A stretch of DNA of 64,000 nucleotides from the IMG/VR virus record IMGVR_UViG_3300027747_003046, positions 1-64,000 of that record; one strand, given 5' to 3'. The DNA comes from a virus. The notes below the pieces were generated by a model. That model was not told where the DNA came from and did no database searches. It saw only the letters and a list, made by a program, of their open reading frames with translations. Position 1 is the first letter of the stretch. Every line of letters starts with the position of its first letter. The translations under genes and the position numbers were made by a program. Below, piece after piece: positions 24,687 to 33,424 of the stretch.

Positions 24687-27435
24687 TCTACTGTTAGAAG
24701 GTCGCCTTGGTGGTCACATGAGCCATATATATGAAAATGGCGATTTAACTTTTGGTGAATTAAAAGATGTTTTTAAGCAAGCATCAAAAGGCAAATTACA
24801 AGGCACCGAAAAAACAGACGGTCAAAATATTAAATTATCGTTCTCTGTCAAGAGACAGGTAGCTCTTGGAGCAAGAAATGCGACACAGATTAAGCAAGGC
24901 GGTCTTTCAACAGACGAAATGGTTGCTTTCTTCGCAGATCATCCAAATCCAAATTTGAAGTTGGCATTTGGTGACGCAGTTAAGATTTTCGAAAAAGCTG
25001 TCAAACTATTGGATGTTGAAACCCAAATTGAACTGTTTGGTTCAAATGCTGACATTTGGTATAATGCCGAAGTAATGGATGATAGAACTCGTAACGTAGT
25101 TAATTACGATACAAGAAATCTTCTTATTCATCGCACAGGTCACGCATTATATGATAAATCAACTGGTAAAATAGTAGAAGATACAACTGGCGAAACAGAT
25201 AAAAAATCAACCAAATTTATGAACTTTCTAGAAAAAGTTCAAAATAAGGTTTCCAACAAAAGACACGCCATTCTTATAAATCCAATCCAGAATCTACAAG
25301 CTTTAAGTAACAAGGAAGCATTACGTATAGCTATTTCCGGAGTCGAAAAAGTAATGTCAAAATATGGTTTGAGTGATAACAATACCATAAATGATTTACT
25401 TCGTAAGGATTTGAACGAAAGAATTAAAACAAGACTTCCAGAAGAAATTAAAGCAAAAATTATTTCTAACTTTTTGGATGTTGGACCAAAAGTTGGCAAG
25501 AAAGAATTGAAAAAAGACTTAACATCAGAATTGCGTGCCGAAGTTGATCAAATGATCGATAGTGGCACCACTTTGATGAAAGAAGCAATAAGACCAATTG
25601 AAATAATTGTTACAGACTTTGCGGCTGAAATGTTAAAAACACTTGAAAGTATTTTTATTTTAGATAACAAAACTGAAACAGAAAGATTATCAAAAGAAGT
25701 TCAAGCAGCAATTCAACAAATCCAGTCTTCTGGCAAAAAAGGTGATTTGGATTTCTTGAATCGCCAATTAGAAAAACTAAAAGGCGCTGATTCTATCTCT
25801 TCTGCTGTTGAAGGCTTTGCTTTCAGCTATAAAGGCCATCTTTACAAGTTTACAGGTAAATTTGCTCCTGTAAATCAGATCCTGGGTCTATCAAAGTATG
25901 GTAGAGGCAGTAAGTCAAGTCCAGAAGAACTTACAGAAGTTTCTAGTGGCTCAAAACGTTATGATATTGCTTTGTTGGGCGGTGGTTTCAAGCCACCACA
26001 TAAAGGTCATATTGAACTATTAAAACAACTAGCGGCAAAAGCAGATCATGTCATTGTTTTAACAAGCGATAAGTCATCAAAGGAAAGAGCATTTAGTAGC
26101 GGACAACTAAAAGGCCAAATAATTGATGGTGCCAAATCAAATCAAGTTTTAAAACAGATGATTTCTCAGGTTCCTGAATTGTCAAATGTTGAATTAAAGA
26201 TTACCTCAGCTCCACTTCGTTTTATATTTGAATATGTTGAAAAAGAAGCAGCATATGGCGAAACAATACTTCTTGGTGTTGGCGATAAAGAAGATGATGC
26301 CAAAAGATTTGCTAATATTGGTAAATACATTCCAAAAGATAGCAATATTAAAGTAGATATCGAAGTGCTCAAACCAACCACTTTTAACGGTGAAGCTTTA
26401 AGTGCCAGCAGAATGCGTGAAGTTATTTCAAATGGCAATTTGAGACAATTAATTAACTTTATTCCAGATGAAATTACTGATAAAACAAGATTTGCTCAAT
26501 TTATATTAGATACTTTTTTAGGAAAAACTGAAAAATCTCTTGAACAAGAAATAGAAGAAGAAGTATTAAATCTATTTAATAAAGATAATATAAATGAGAT
26601 GAGTGCGGTCGGTGCTGGTGCCATGGCATTTAGTCCGGCAGCAATTGGAGCGGAACCAGTAAAGAGGAACAAGAAAATGAAAGAAATCAAAAGAGAACAA
26701 TTTATGGAAGAACTACAATTAAGAAAGATGATCCGTAAGGCTCTTGTTCTTCGTGAAGAAAAAAAGAAAGCTGCTTTACAGCAAGAAGAGCTTTTAAGAA
26801 AAGAACTTCGTAAAATTATACGAGAAGCAAAACAAGATTTTAACTACGGTAACACCGGTTTAAATAAGCTTGGTGCTTTCTTACAGGTTAAGAAACCACT
26901 TATTTCCTCTGAATACAAACAGCTTCAAACTGATAAGAGTCAACGTGACGCTTTCAAGGCTCGCTTGCTTGACCGTTCCAAGGAATTGTTTGATGAATTA
27001 GAAGCAAAATTACAAGCTGGCAAGGGAGGTTCCGAAGATGAATCTGAACTTGAAGAAGAAATTAATGTTTCTATTGATGAGCCAGTCGATAACAAACTTT
27101 TGCCAGGTATTCTTGATCCAAAGAAAGAACCCAAAGCTAAAAAAGATAAAGAAAAAGAATTTAAAGTTGAACCAACTGGCGAAAGAGAAGCTTCTAACTT
27201 TTTTGAAAGTTATGAAGGTGAACTTACAGAAATTTATACTGGACTTGACAATCCAACCGATCGACAGATGTTCCGGGATTACTACATGAGTAATGTAGCC
27301 GCTATCATGGATCAGGCTGAAGCTGAAGCTGGTAATGTTGCTAAACCAGTTGACACAACACCACCAGAAGGTGCTCAAGCTCAACAAACAACTAGCGAAC
27401 CAGCACCAGATCAGCAAAATCAACCAACTGTTTGA
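24679..27435 (+). CDS. multidomain protein: ligase-like KxDG domain + HIGH-family nucleotidyltransferase + acidic coiled-coil
   Basis: TEKTDGQN and EGFAF..YKFTG; GGGFKPPHKGH and LSASRMRE. Confidence 0.8.
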   Translation: MFDLLLEGRLGGHMSHIYENGDLTFGELKDVFKQASKGKLQGTEKTDGQNIKLSFSVKRQVALGARNATQIKQGGLSTDEMVAFFADHPNPNLKLAFGDAVKIFEKAVKLLDVETQIELFGSNADIWYNAEVMDDRTRNVVNYDTRNLLIHRTGHALYDKSTGKIVEDTTGETDKKSTKFMNFLEKVQNKVSNKRHAILINPIQNLQALSNKEALRIAISGVEKVMSKYGLSDNNTINDLLRKDLNERIKTRLPEEIKAKIISNFLDVGPKVGKKELKKDLTSELRAEVDQMIDSGTTLMKEAIRPIEIIVTDFAAEMLKTLESIFILDNKTETERLSKEVQAAIQQIQSSGKKGDLDFLNRQLEKLKGADSISSAVEGFAFSYKGHLYKFTGKFAPVNQILGLSKYGRGSKSSPEELTEVSSGSKRYDIALLGGGFKPPHKGHIELLKQLAAKADHVIVLTSDKSSKERAFSSGQLKGQIIDGAKSNQVLKQMISQVPELSNVELKITSAPLRFIFEYVEKEAAYGETILLGVGDKEDDAKRFANIGKYIPKDSNIKVDIEVLKPTTFNGEALSASRMREVISNGNLRQLINFIPDEITDKTRFAQFILDTFLGKTEKSLEQEIEEEVLNLFNKDNINEMSAVGAGAMAFSPAAIGAEPVKRNKKMKEIKREQFMEELQLRKMIRKALVLREEKKKAALQQEELLRKELRKIIREAKQDFNYGNTGLNKLGAFLQVKKPLISSEYKQLQTDKSQRDAFKARLLDRSKELFDELEAKLQAGKGGSEDESELEEEINVSIDEPVDNKLLPGILDPKKEPKAKKDKEKEFKVEPTGEREASNFFESYEGELTEIYTGLDNPTDRQMFRDYYMSNVAAIMDQAEAEAGNVAKPVDTTPPEGAQAQQTTSEPAPDQQNQPTV

Positions 27436-27462
27436 ACTGAGCACGTTTTGTATGTAGCATAA

Positions 27463-27802
27463 GATCGGATCTTTGTTCAGAAGATCCGATCAGATCACAC
27501 ACTTGTCGTCACAGCCTCTTAACAGATCAAACTGGATCTGATTATAATCGATCTACCAGATCAGATCTTAATAAAAATAAATAAAATCAAATACAAATAA
27601 ATAAAGATCCTATAAAATACTAATATAAGATCTTATAAGAAAGAACTGAATACTATGAGTAGATCTTTTAAAGATATCGGAACAGATATTGGATCTTTGG
27701 TAGAACAGAAAAACAAAGCTTATGGATCTTCTTTTGAAAAAAGTGCTGAGATCATAAAAATTCTTTATCCAGATGGTGTAAAACCAGAACAATATACAGA
27801 TC
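27463..27802. other. GATC cluster plus AT-rich tract (candidate replication origin)
   Basis: 17 GATC in about 340 bp (12 intergenic) flanking an A-rich tract at about 27569-27650. Confidence 0.5.
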
Positions 27803-27930
27803 TTTTAGCTATTACTAGAGTTCTTGATAAATTATTCAGAATTGCTACCAAAAAAGATGCCTTTGGAGAAAGTCCTTGGCAAGACATAGCAGGTTATGCT
27901 ATTTTGGGTATCAGTAAGGATGAAAAATGA
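27655..27930 (+). CDS. DUF1599/nucleotide-modification-associated domain-like protein
   Basis: KNKAYGSSF..DKLFRI..ESPWQDIAGYAIL. Confidence 0.7.
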   Translation: MSRSFKDIGTDIGSLVEQKNKAYGSSFEKSAEIIKILYPDGVKPEQYTDLLAITRVLDKLFRIATKKDAFGESPWQDIAGYAILGISKDEK

Positions 27931-28304
27931 TTTCAGTTCCATATGAAAAGAAAAAGAAAATCTACGGAACAAGGAAACATTATTCAGTCATCTCTAAATT
28001 AGAGAATGACGGAAAAATAAATGAACAGTTCCAGCTTATGATGAATAAGTTATCATTTGAAGAAGTAATTGCTGCCAAGTTAGAATTAGCAGCAAAAGCT
28101 TCTGGTGGTTTTATTTATGGCATACCTATTTGGAACTCGTTATTACATATAGTTCGTGATGCTACATTAAAATTTGCTTTATCAGCGACACGCACAAAAG
28201 CAGAAGCAGCCAGATTTCTTGGTGTAAATATTGATAATTTTAACACCTATTTAGATCAATACGAAACAGAAAATTATTTTGAAGATTCAGAAAATAAAAA
28301 CTAG
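27927..28304 (+). CDS. Fis-like HTH protein
   Basis: ALSATRTKAEAARFLGV. Confidence 0.7.
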   Translation: MISVPYEKKKKIYGTRKHYSVISKLENDGKINEQFQLMMNKLSFEEVIAAKLELAAKASGGFIYGIPIWNSLLHIVRDATLKFALSATRTKAEAARFLGVNIDNFNTYLDQYETENYFEDSENKN

Positions 28305-28314
28305 TTAAGATTAC

Positions 28315-28387
28315 GGGCTTGTAGCTCAATTGGGAGAGCGCCAGATTTGCATTCTGGAGGTTGTGGGATCGTCCCCCATCAGGTCCA
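28315..28387 (+). tRNA. trnA: tRNA-Ala(TGC), no encoded CCA
   Basis: acceptor GGGCTTG/CAGGTCC with G3:U70, loop TT-TGC-AT; atypical T-loop. Confidence 0.85.
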
Positions 28388-28439
28388 TAAATTTCTTTGT
28401 GGTGTGTGGAGAATTTGAACTTCACACACTATTTATTTT

Positions 28440-28958
28440 ATGACTAAAAAAATACAAAAACAATGTTTGGCATGTAATAAAATATTTTTGGCACCTTCTT
28501 CAGAAGTCAATAGAGGTAATGGTAGATATTGTTCTATAGATTGTGGAAGAAAATCAAGAAGTCTGTTTAAAAAACAGAAACAGCATAATTGTCATTGTGC
28601 TTTTTGTAATAAAACATTTTATAGAAATAATACAAAACAAAAAGCATCAAGAAGTGGATTACAATTCTGCAATCGATTATGTAAAGAAAAAGCTCAAAAA
28701 TTAGGTGGTATAAAAGAAATACAACCAGAACACTATGGAAAGGGCGTTTTCGATTATCGTAAATTTGCTTTAGAACAAAAACCACACGTTTGTGAAAAAT
28801 GTGGTTATAATAAAATTCCACAAATTTTAGAAGTTCATCACAAAGATAGAAATAGAAAAAATAACGATATTTTAAATTTACAAATTTTATGTTCTAGATG
28901 CCACGATGAAGAACACTATTTAACAAATACTGGAAAATGGCTTAAAAAGTTTGAATAA
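28440..28958 (+). CDS. HNH homing endonuclease with zinc-ribbon repeats
   Basis: CEKCG..LEVHHKDRNRKNN..NLQILCSRCHDEEH; YCSxxC repeats. Confidence 0.9.
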   Translation: MTKKIQKQCLACNKIFLAPSSEVNRGNGRYCSIDCGRKSRSLFKKQKQHNCHCAFCNKTFYRNNTKQKASRSGLQFCNRLCKEKAQKLGGIKEIQPEHYGKGVFDYRKFALEQKPHVCEKCGYNKIPQILEVHHKDRNRKNNDILNLQILCSRCHDEEHYLTNTGKWLKKFE

Positions 28959-28975
28959 ACTAATTAATAAAAGTT

Positions 28976-29359
28976 ATGATCAAAAAATTAATTTCAGCAA
29001 TCAGAAAAAAGAAAGAAGACCCATCGGTTCGTCCGTGGGGCAATTATCAGATTCTTCACGAAGAAGATTCTCATAAAGTAAAAGTAATAACTGTTCTTCC
29101 TGGAAAAAGATTAAGTCTCCAGTCACACGAGAAGCGTGAAGAATTTTGGGTTGTTGTTGAAGGTGAAGGTTTAATGACATTAGGAATAATGAAGTTTACT
29201 ATGAAAGTAGGAGACAAAGTTAAAATACCACTCAGAACAAAGCACAGAATAGAAAATATAGGTTCAGTTCCACTTAAATTTATTGAAGTTCAGACTGGTA
29301 CCTATTTTGGTGAAGATGATATAATCAGATATGAAGATGATTTTGGGAGAGCACAATGA
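28976..29359 (+). CDS. mannose-6-phosphate isomerase type II C-terminal cupin
   Basis: RPWG, LSLQSH, HRIEN, IEVQTGTYFGEDDIIRYEDDFGR. Confidence 0.9.
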   Translation: MIKKLISAIRKKKEDPSVRPWGNYQILHEEDSHKVKVITVLPGKRLSLQSHEKREEFWVVVEGEGLMTLGIMKFTMKVGDKVKIPLRTKHRIENIGSVPLKFIEVQTGTYFGEDDIIRYEDDFGRAQ

Positions 29360-29562
29360 AACTAAGAGTTGATAATGTAAAAGAAAACGGTGATGGTTCA
29401 GTTACTGTTGACTTTGAAATAGACGATGAAATGGAAGAGTTTATAGCTAAACGATACGGTGTCACTGTTGAAGAACTAACTCCGGAACAAACCCAAGAAT
29501 TCGTCTTAGAGGCAATAAACGGTTTAGTAAAAGAAAAAGAAAAAGAATTACAACAACCTTGA
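29356..29562 (+). CDS. hypothetical protein
   Basis: 68-aa acidic ORF, coupled start. Confidence 0.65.
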   Translation: MKLRVDNVKENGDGSVTVDFEIDDEMEEFIAKRYGVTVEELTPEQTQEFVLEAINGLVKEKEKELQQP

Positions 29563-29618
29563 TTTCTTGATAGTGCGTAATGTGTGGTTAATACCCGTAT
29601 TACGCACTATTTATTTTT

Positions 29619-30503
29619 ATGAAAATTATATTTGAAAAAGAAAAGAAAGGTGATCGTTGTACACGTATTGCGAAGCGCAAATATGATGTATGGCCATCAG
29701 CATATGCTTCTGGAGCTGTTGTTAAATGCCGCCAAGGAAAGATTTGGAAAGGTATTAGTGAAGAAATAACAGAAGAAGAATTACAAGAAATGATAGCCGA
29801 AGAGCTAGCCGAAGAATTAAATAATTTAGAAGAAGAAAAAAAGAAGCCCGATTTCAAAAAAGAGAAAGAACAAGGACTACATGGTTGGTTTTCCAGAAAA
29901 GGCGGAAAAGATGGAAAAGGTTGGGTAGACTGTAATACTTGCCGCACAGACAAAGAAACTGGAAAAAAGACTTGTAAATCTTGTGGTAGACAAGAAGGCG
30001 AAAAAAGAGCTAAATATCCGGCTTGTAGACCAAAGCCAGGTGATTGTGGATCTACCGGTAAAGGAAGCGAGTGGGGCAAGAAATCAGAATCTGTTGAAAT
30101 AGAAAATTCTAATCTATTAGAACAGGAAGAAGATCCCAAGAAGCAAGCAGATGCTGCTATAAAGGATGCCGCCGCCGTTGCCAAAGCTGCCGAACAAGAG
30201 AAAAGAGCGCAGGTGATGGTCAACAAAGCAAGACCATCAGAGCAACAAGCATCAAAACAGGCTGATTTAAAAAGTAAGTTAGAACAAGAAAAGATAGCCA
30301 AAGATAATTTAAAGAAAGCCAAAGAAAGTGCTGAACAGATTTCGGAAGAAAAAAGCAATTTTCAAAAAGAAATGGAAAGAAAAGGTAAAGGCTGGAAAAT
30401 TCGTTTGTTAACAAAGGGCAAGCAATCAGCCGGTTCAGCTTATCCAAATAAGGCACCAGTAGAGAGAGCAAAAAGCGCACCTCCCGGTGCAGGTGGAGTT
30501 TGA
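29619..30503 (+). CDS. conserved phage protein (DUF5872-like), probable processed head protein
   Basis: YDVWPSAYASG, GLHGWF, WVDC, YPACRP separated by acidic LEE linkers. Confidence 0.7.
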   Translation: MKIIFEKEKKGDRCTRIAKRKYDVWPSAYASGAVVKCRQGKIWKGISEEITEEELQEMIAEELAEELNNLEEEKKKPDFKKEKEQGLHGWFSRKGGKDGKGWVDCNTCRTDKETGKKTCKSCGRQEGEKRAKYPACRPKPGDCGSTGKGSEWGKKSESVEIENSNLLEQEEDPKKQADAAIKDAAAVAKAAEQEKRAQVMVNKARPSEQQASKQADLKSKLEQEKIAKDNLKKAKESAEQISEEKSNFQKEMERKGKGWKIRLLTKGKQSAGSAYPNKAPVERAKSAPPGAGGV

Positions 30504-30504
30504 T

Positions 30505-31101
30505 ATGACACAAGAAATGAAAAAATTATTAAGAGAGTTTAAGACTTATCTTACAGAAGAATCAAAGATTACTGATGCTTATTCAGTTTTAAAATTATTT
30601 GTTAGTTTGGGTGCTGAGCCGGGAACACCAGAAGCACAAGTCATTTCAAATATCCAAAATATTGTTAATTTTTCTGATCGTTATAAAGAAGCACCAGAAT
30701 TATTAACCTCTTCACCAAGAGACGTTGTGGTAGCACAAGAAAAAATATCAGACAAATATGTTCAGAAATTTATTATTGACTTGCTGAATAAAAATGGTTT
30801 GCCACAAGAAAAAATTTCTCAATTCATGAATTATGTCTCTCAAACAACAAAGAGTCCAGAAGAAATTCAGCAAGCAGCAGCTGAATACAGCAAAGAAAAA
30901 GAAGAAAAAGAGAAAGATGCTTATGAATTGGGTGATGAAGATGTTACTCCACCCCCACCACAACAAAATAAAACTGTATCTCCTCCAACTCGCAGAAAGG
31001 CTGCTCCAAAGCCCGTTAGTGGAGTAAAGCCTGTCACACCAGAAGATAGCGCCTTGGCAGCTTACCGTAAAAAAGCAACAGGCAATACAACAAAGCCATA
31101 A
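30505..31101 (+). CDS. hypothetical protein
   Basis: MKKLLREFKTYLTEE N-terminal motif; start moved to ATG 30505. Confidence 0.7.
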   Translation: MTQEMKKLLREFKTYLTEESKITDAYSVLKLFVSLGAEPGTPEAQVISNIQNIVNFSDRYKEAPELLTSSPRDVVVAQEKISDKYVQKFIIDLLNKNGLPQEKISQFMNYVSQTTKSPEEIQQAAAEYSKEKEEKEKDAYELGDEDVTPPPPQQNKTVSPPTRRKAAPKPVSGVKPVTPEDSALAAYRKKATGNTTKP

Positions 31102-31143
31102 TACCCTTTACAAACTTTAAGAGTTCGTTTAGACTGTTCGTAT

Positions 31144-31233
31144 GGATCGATAGCCAAGTGGCTTACGGCACCGGATTACTAACCCGGCATAGCAGAAATG
31201 CTATCGAAAGTTCGAATCTTTCTCGATCCGCCA
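31144..31233 (+). tRNA. trnS: tRNA-Ser(ACT)
   Basis: acceptor GGATCGA/TCGATCC, G73, long variable arm, loop TT-ACT-AA, CCA; promoter TTTACA-N17-TAGACT at 31107-31135. Confidence 0.88.
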
Positions 31234-31249
31234 TTCTCAAGGAGAGAAT

Positions 31250-31501
31250 ATGAACGATATTAAAGAAGTGGTTGAGCAAAAACAGGGTCAACCATGGAAA
31301 ATCGAAAAAACCTGTGAAGATTTTGAAACAGCCGATACGGCAAGAAAGAATTTACTTGCTAATAGCAGTGATGGGCTACAAGCAAAAGTAAAATTTTTAC
31401 CATCAATTGGTAAGTTTGTGGTAAAAAGCCGAAGCCCACTAGAAGCCGTAGTTGAACAAAAAACTAATAAGAAAAACAAGAAGCAAACTCCCGCCGCTTG
31501 A
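31250..31501 (+). CDS. hypothetical protein
   Basis: AGGAG RBS, 83 aa. Confidence 0.7.
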   Translation: MNDIKEVVEQKQGQPWKIEKTCEDFETADTARKNLLANSSDGLQAKVKFLPSIGKFVVKSRSPLEAVVEQKTNKKNKKQTPAA

Positions 31502-31526
31502 CACCAGCCCCAGATCGTGTTAAGAT
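31498..31526 (+). promoter_or_regulatory. sigma70 promoter TTGACA-N17-TAAGAT
   Basis: consensus, GATC in spacer. Confidence 0.8.
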
Positions 31527-31564
31527 GGTTTCACCAGATCGGCCCCAGACGGTTTGGTGGTTCT

Positions 31565-31641
31565 GCTCCCGTAGCTCAGGTAGTTAGAGCGTTCGTCTTA
31601 TAAGCGAAATGTCGTTGGTGCAACTCCAACCGGGAGTACCA
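31565..31641 (+). tRNA. trnI: tRNA-Ile(TAT)
   Basis: acceptor GCTCCCG/CGGGAGT, loop CT-TAT-AA, CCA; atypical T-loop TGCAACT. Confidence 0.88.
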
Positions 31642-31647
31642 AATATT

Positions 31648-31971
31648 ATGAATTACGATTCTGATACACACCATTTTGATTGCGATTGTTCAAGTGCTCA
31701 ACACATTTTTAGATTAACTTCCGAAAATGGATGGGATTCTGATTATCCACCAGAACTTCATATATCAATTCAACTAAATAAATATAAAAATTTATATAGA
31801 CGTTTTGTAATAGCAGTTAGATACTTTTTTGGATATGAGTGTAAATTTGGACATTGGGATATAGTAACTCTTAAAGAAGACGATTTAAATCGTTTGATTG
31901 TTTTGCTACACCAGCACAGAATTAAGATCGAGAAACATAAGTTAGAGAAGGAAAAGAAAAATGCAACCTGA
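31648..31971 (+). CDS. hypothetical protein
   Basis: FDCDCSSAQH; start moved to ATG 31648 after the tRNA. Confidence 0.7.
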   Translation: MNYDSDTHHFDCDCSSAQHIFRLTSENGWDSDYPPELHISIQLNKYKNLYRRFVIAVRYFFGYECKFGHWDIVTLKEDDLNRLIVLLHQHRIKIEKHKLEKEKKNAT

Positions 31972-32098
31972 TACTTGGGCTGGTGCCTTTAAAGAGTTTT
32001 TTAAACAAGCAGGTGCTGTTGGTGCTTTGTTGATTATGTGTTTGACTGTTGGTCAGTGTAGTGGATTTGTAGATATTTATCGATTATTGGGCAAATGA
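31961..32098 (+). CDS. small membrane protein (45 aa, absent from ORF track)
   Basis: MQPDTWAGAFKEFFKQAGAVGALLIMCLTVG...; AAGGA RBS. Confidence 0.5.
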   Translation: MQPDTWAGAFKEFFKQAGAVGALLIMCLTVGQCSGFVDIYRLLGK

Positions 32099-32803
32099 TT
32101 ACATACGTTTTAAAATATTTTTTAAGTGTTCTTCAATTAAATTAAGATAAAAATTAGCTTTTGAAATTTTAAAATATTTATCTTTTGATACATCAATAAT
32201 AAGAAGTTCTATTCCGGCCTCGTAACAACGAATAATTTTCTGCTTATCATTATTTTGAATTTTTTCTAGTTTATTGTTTCCATAAATTGGTTCATAATGA
32301 AAAATTCCATTAAGTTCGATAGCAAATTTTAATGTTGGAAAATAAAAATCTAATTCTGAACCTATTACCTGTTTGTTATTACACAATATTTCTAAATCAG
32401 AAAAATTGGTTTTAATTTTATTTTCTAAATATATTTCAAGTTTTGAGCGTCTTATACCTTTTGCTTTATTTTTATTATTATATATAGCAGCGCAACTTGA
32501 AGAACAAAAAACGTGTTTCGAGTCCGATAACTGACTTATTCTTCTTTTTACTTGTTTTCCACACTGATTGTCGCATAACTTAGTTATATTGTGTTGTTGT
32601 CCTATATTCTCTTTAGAACATTTGTCGCTACAGTAGAAACCACTCCAGCCTCTTTTCAAAGATTGAAATATTAATCTTTTAACTCTTAAGAAAGGTTCTT
32701 TACAAAACGAGCATACAATGCTAACTTTCTCACGCGACTTATAGGAATTCAGAATATTGTTATTTTGTATTATTTCTTCTATTGTATAAGTTATTTTATT
32801 CAT
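32099..32803 (-). CDS. putative homing endonuclease (Vsr/DUF559-like PD-(D/E)XK) with zinc ribbons
   Basis: FCSSSC repeats; ELDFY..AIELNGIFHY..DKQK. Confidence 0.8.
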   Translation of the reverse strand: MNKITYTIEEIIQNNNILNSYKSREKVSIVCSFCKEPFLRVKRLIFQSLKRGWSGFYCSDKCSKENIGQQHNITKLCDNQCGKQVKRRISQLSDSKHVFCSSSCAAIYNNKNKAKGIRRSKLEIYLENKIKTNFSDLEILCNNKQVIGSELDFYFPTLKFAIELNGIFHYEPIYGNNKLEKIQNNDKQKIIRCYEAGIELLIIDVSKDKYFKISKANFYLNLIEEHLKNILKRM

Positions 32804-32813
32804 AAATTTATTT

Positions 32814-32885
32814 GCCCTGTCTGCCGGATGCAGCCACCGGTCTTCTAAACCAGTACGGAACGTTCGACTCGTTCACGGGGTGCCA
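32814..32885 (+). tRNA. trnR: tRNA-Arg(TCT), short atypical D-arm
   Basis: acceptor GCCCTGT/ACGGGGT, loop CT-TCT-AA, TTCGACT, CCA. Confidence 0.75.
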
Positions 32886-32950
32886 TATAATAAATAGTAG
32901 TTACAATTCGAATTTATAATTTTAAAACACGAATAAAGCGCCAAATTAAT

Positions 32951-33103
32951 ATGCCACATTTTATTTCTAAATTACTACGTAAACTGATTAAACTACCACA
33001 CCATATGTGTGATACCTGTTTAAACACTTTTGAACACACAACACTGAAAGGTGAATGTTTGTGTCATTTGTGTTATAAAAATAAGTATTTAAAAAACAAA
33101 TAG
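32951..33103 (+). CDS. small zinc-finger protein (50 aa, absent from ORF track)
   Basis: CDTC..CHLC. Confidence 0.45.
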   Translation: MPHFISKLLRKLIKLPHHMCDTCLNTFEHTTLKGECLCHLCYKNKYLKNK

Positions 33104-33127
33104 ATACTTAGTATTAGAGGGTTATTC

Positions 33128-33424
33128 TTGAAAGACGATGAAATTGATTATGACAAAGCTGTAAGACTCGCTGAAATGATTCAACGAGCTATTAGCGATA
33201 TTACAGATGCGGTTTCATACAACATCGACGAAGAAGACAACTATTCTAAACTAGCTACATACTCAGCATTGTTAACTGTCGCAGGTTATTTTGAATTTAA
33301 ATTAACACAAGACGGGTTTAAAACATCAGAATTAGATGTAACAAAAACAGGTGCTGAGAAATATGTGTTATCGATGATAACAGAAGAATTAGAAACAATA
33401 CCACAGAAAAAAGGCGATGCGTAA
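33128..33424 (+). CDS. hypothetical protein
   Basis: GAGG RBS, TTG start, 98 aa. Confidence 0.65.
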   Translation: MKDDEIDYDKAVRLAEMIQRAISDITDAVSYNIDEEDNYSKLATYSALLTVAGYFEFKLTQDGFKTSELDVTKTGAEKYVLSMITEELETIPQKKGDA

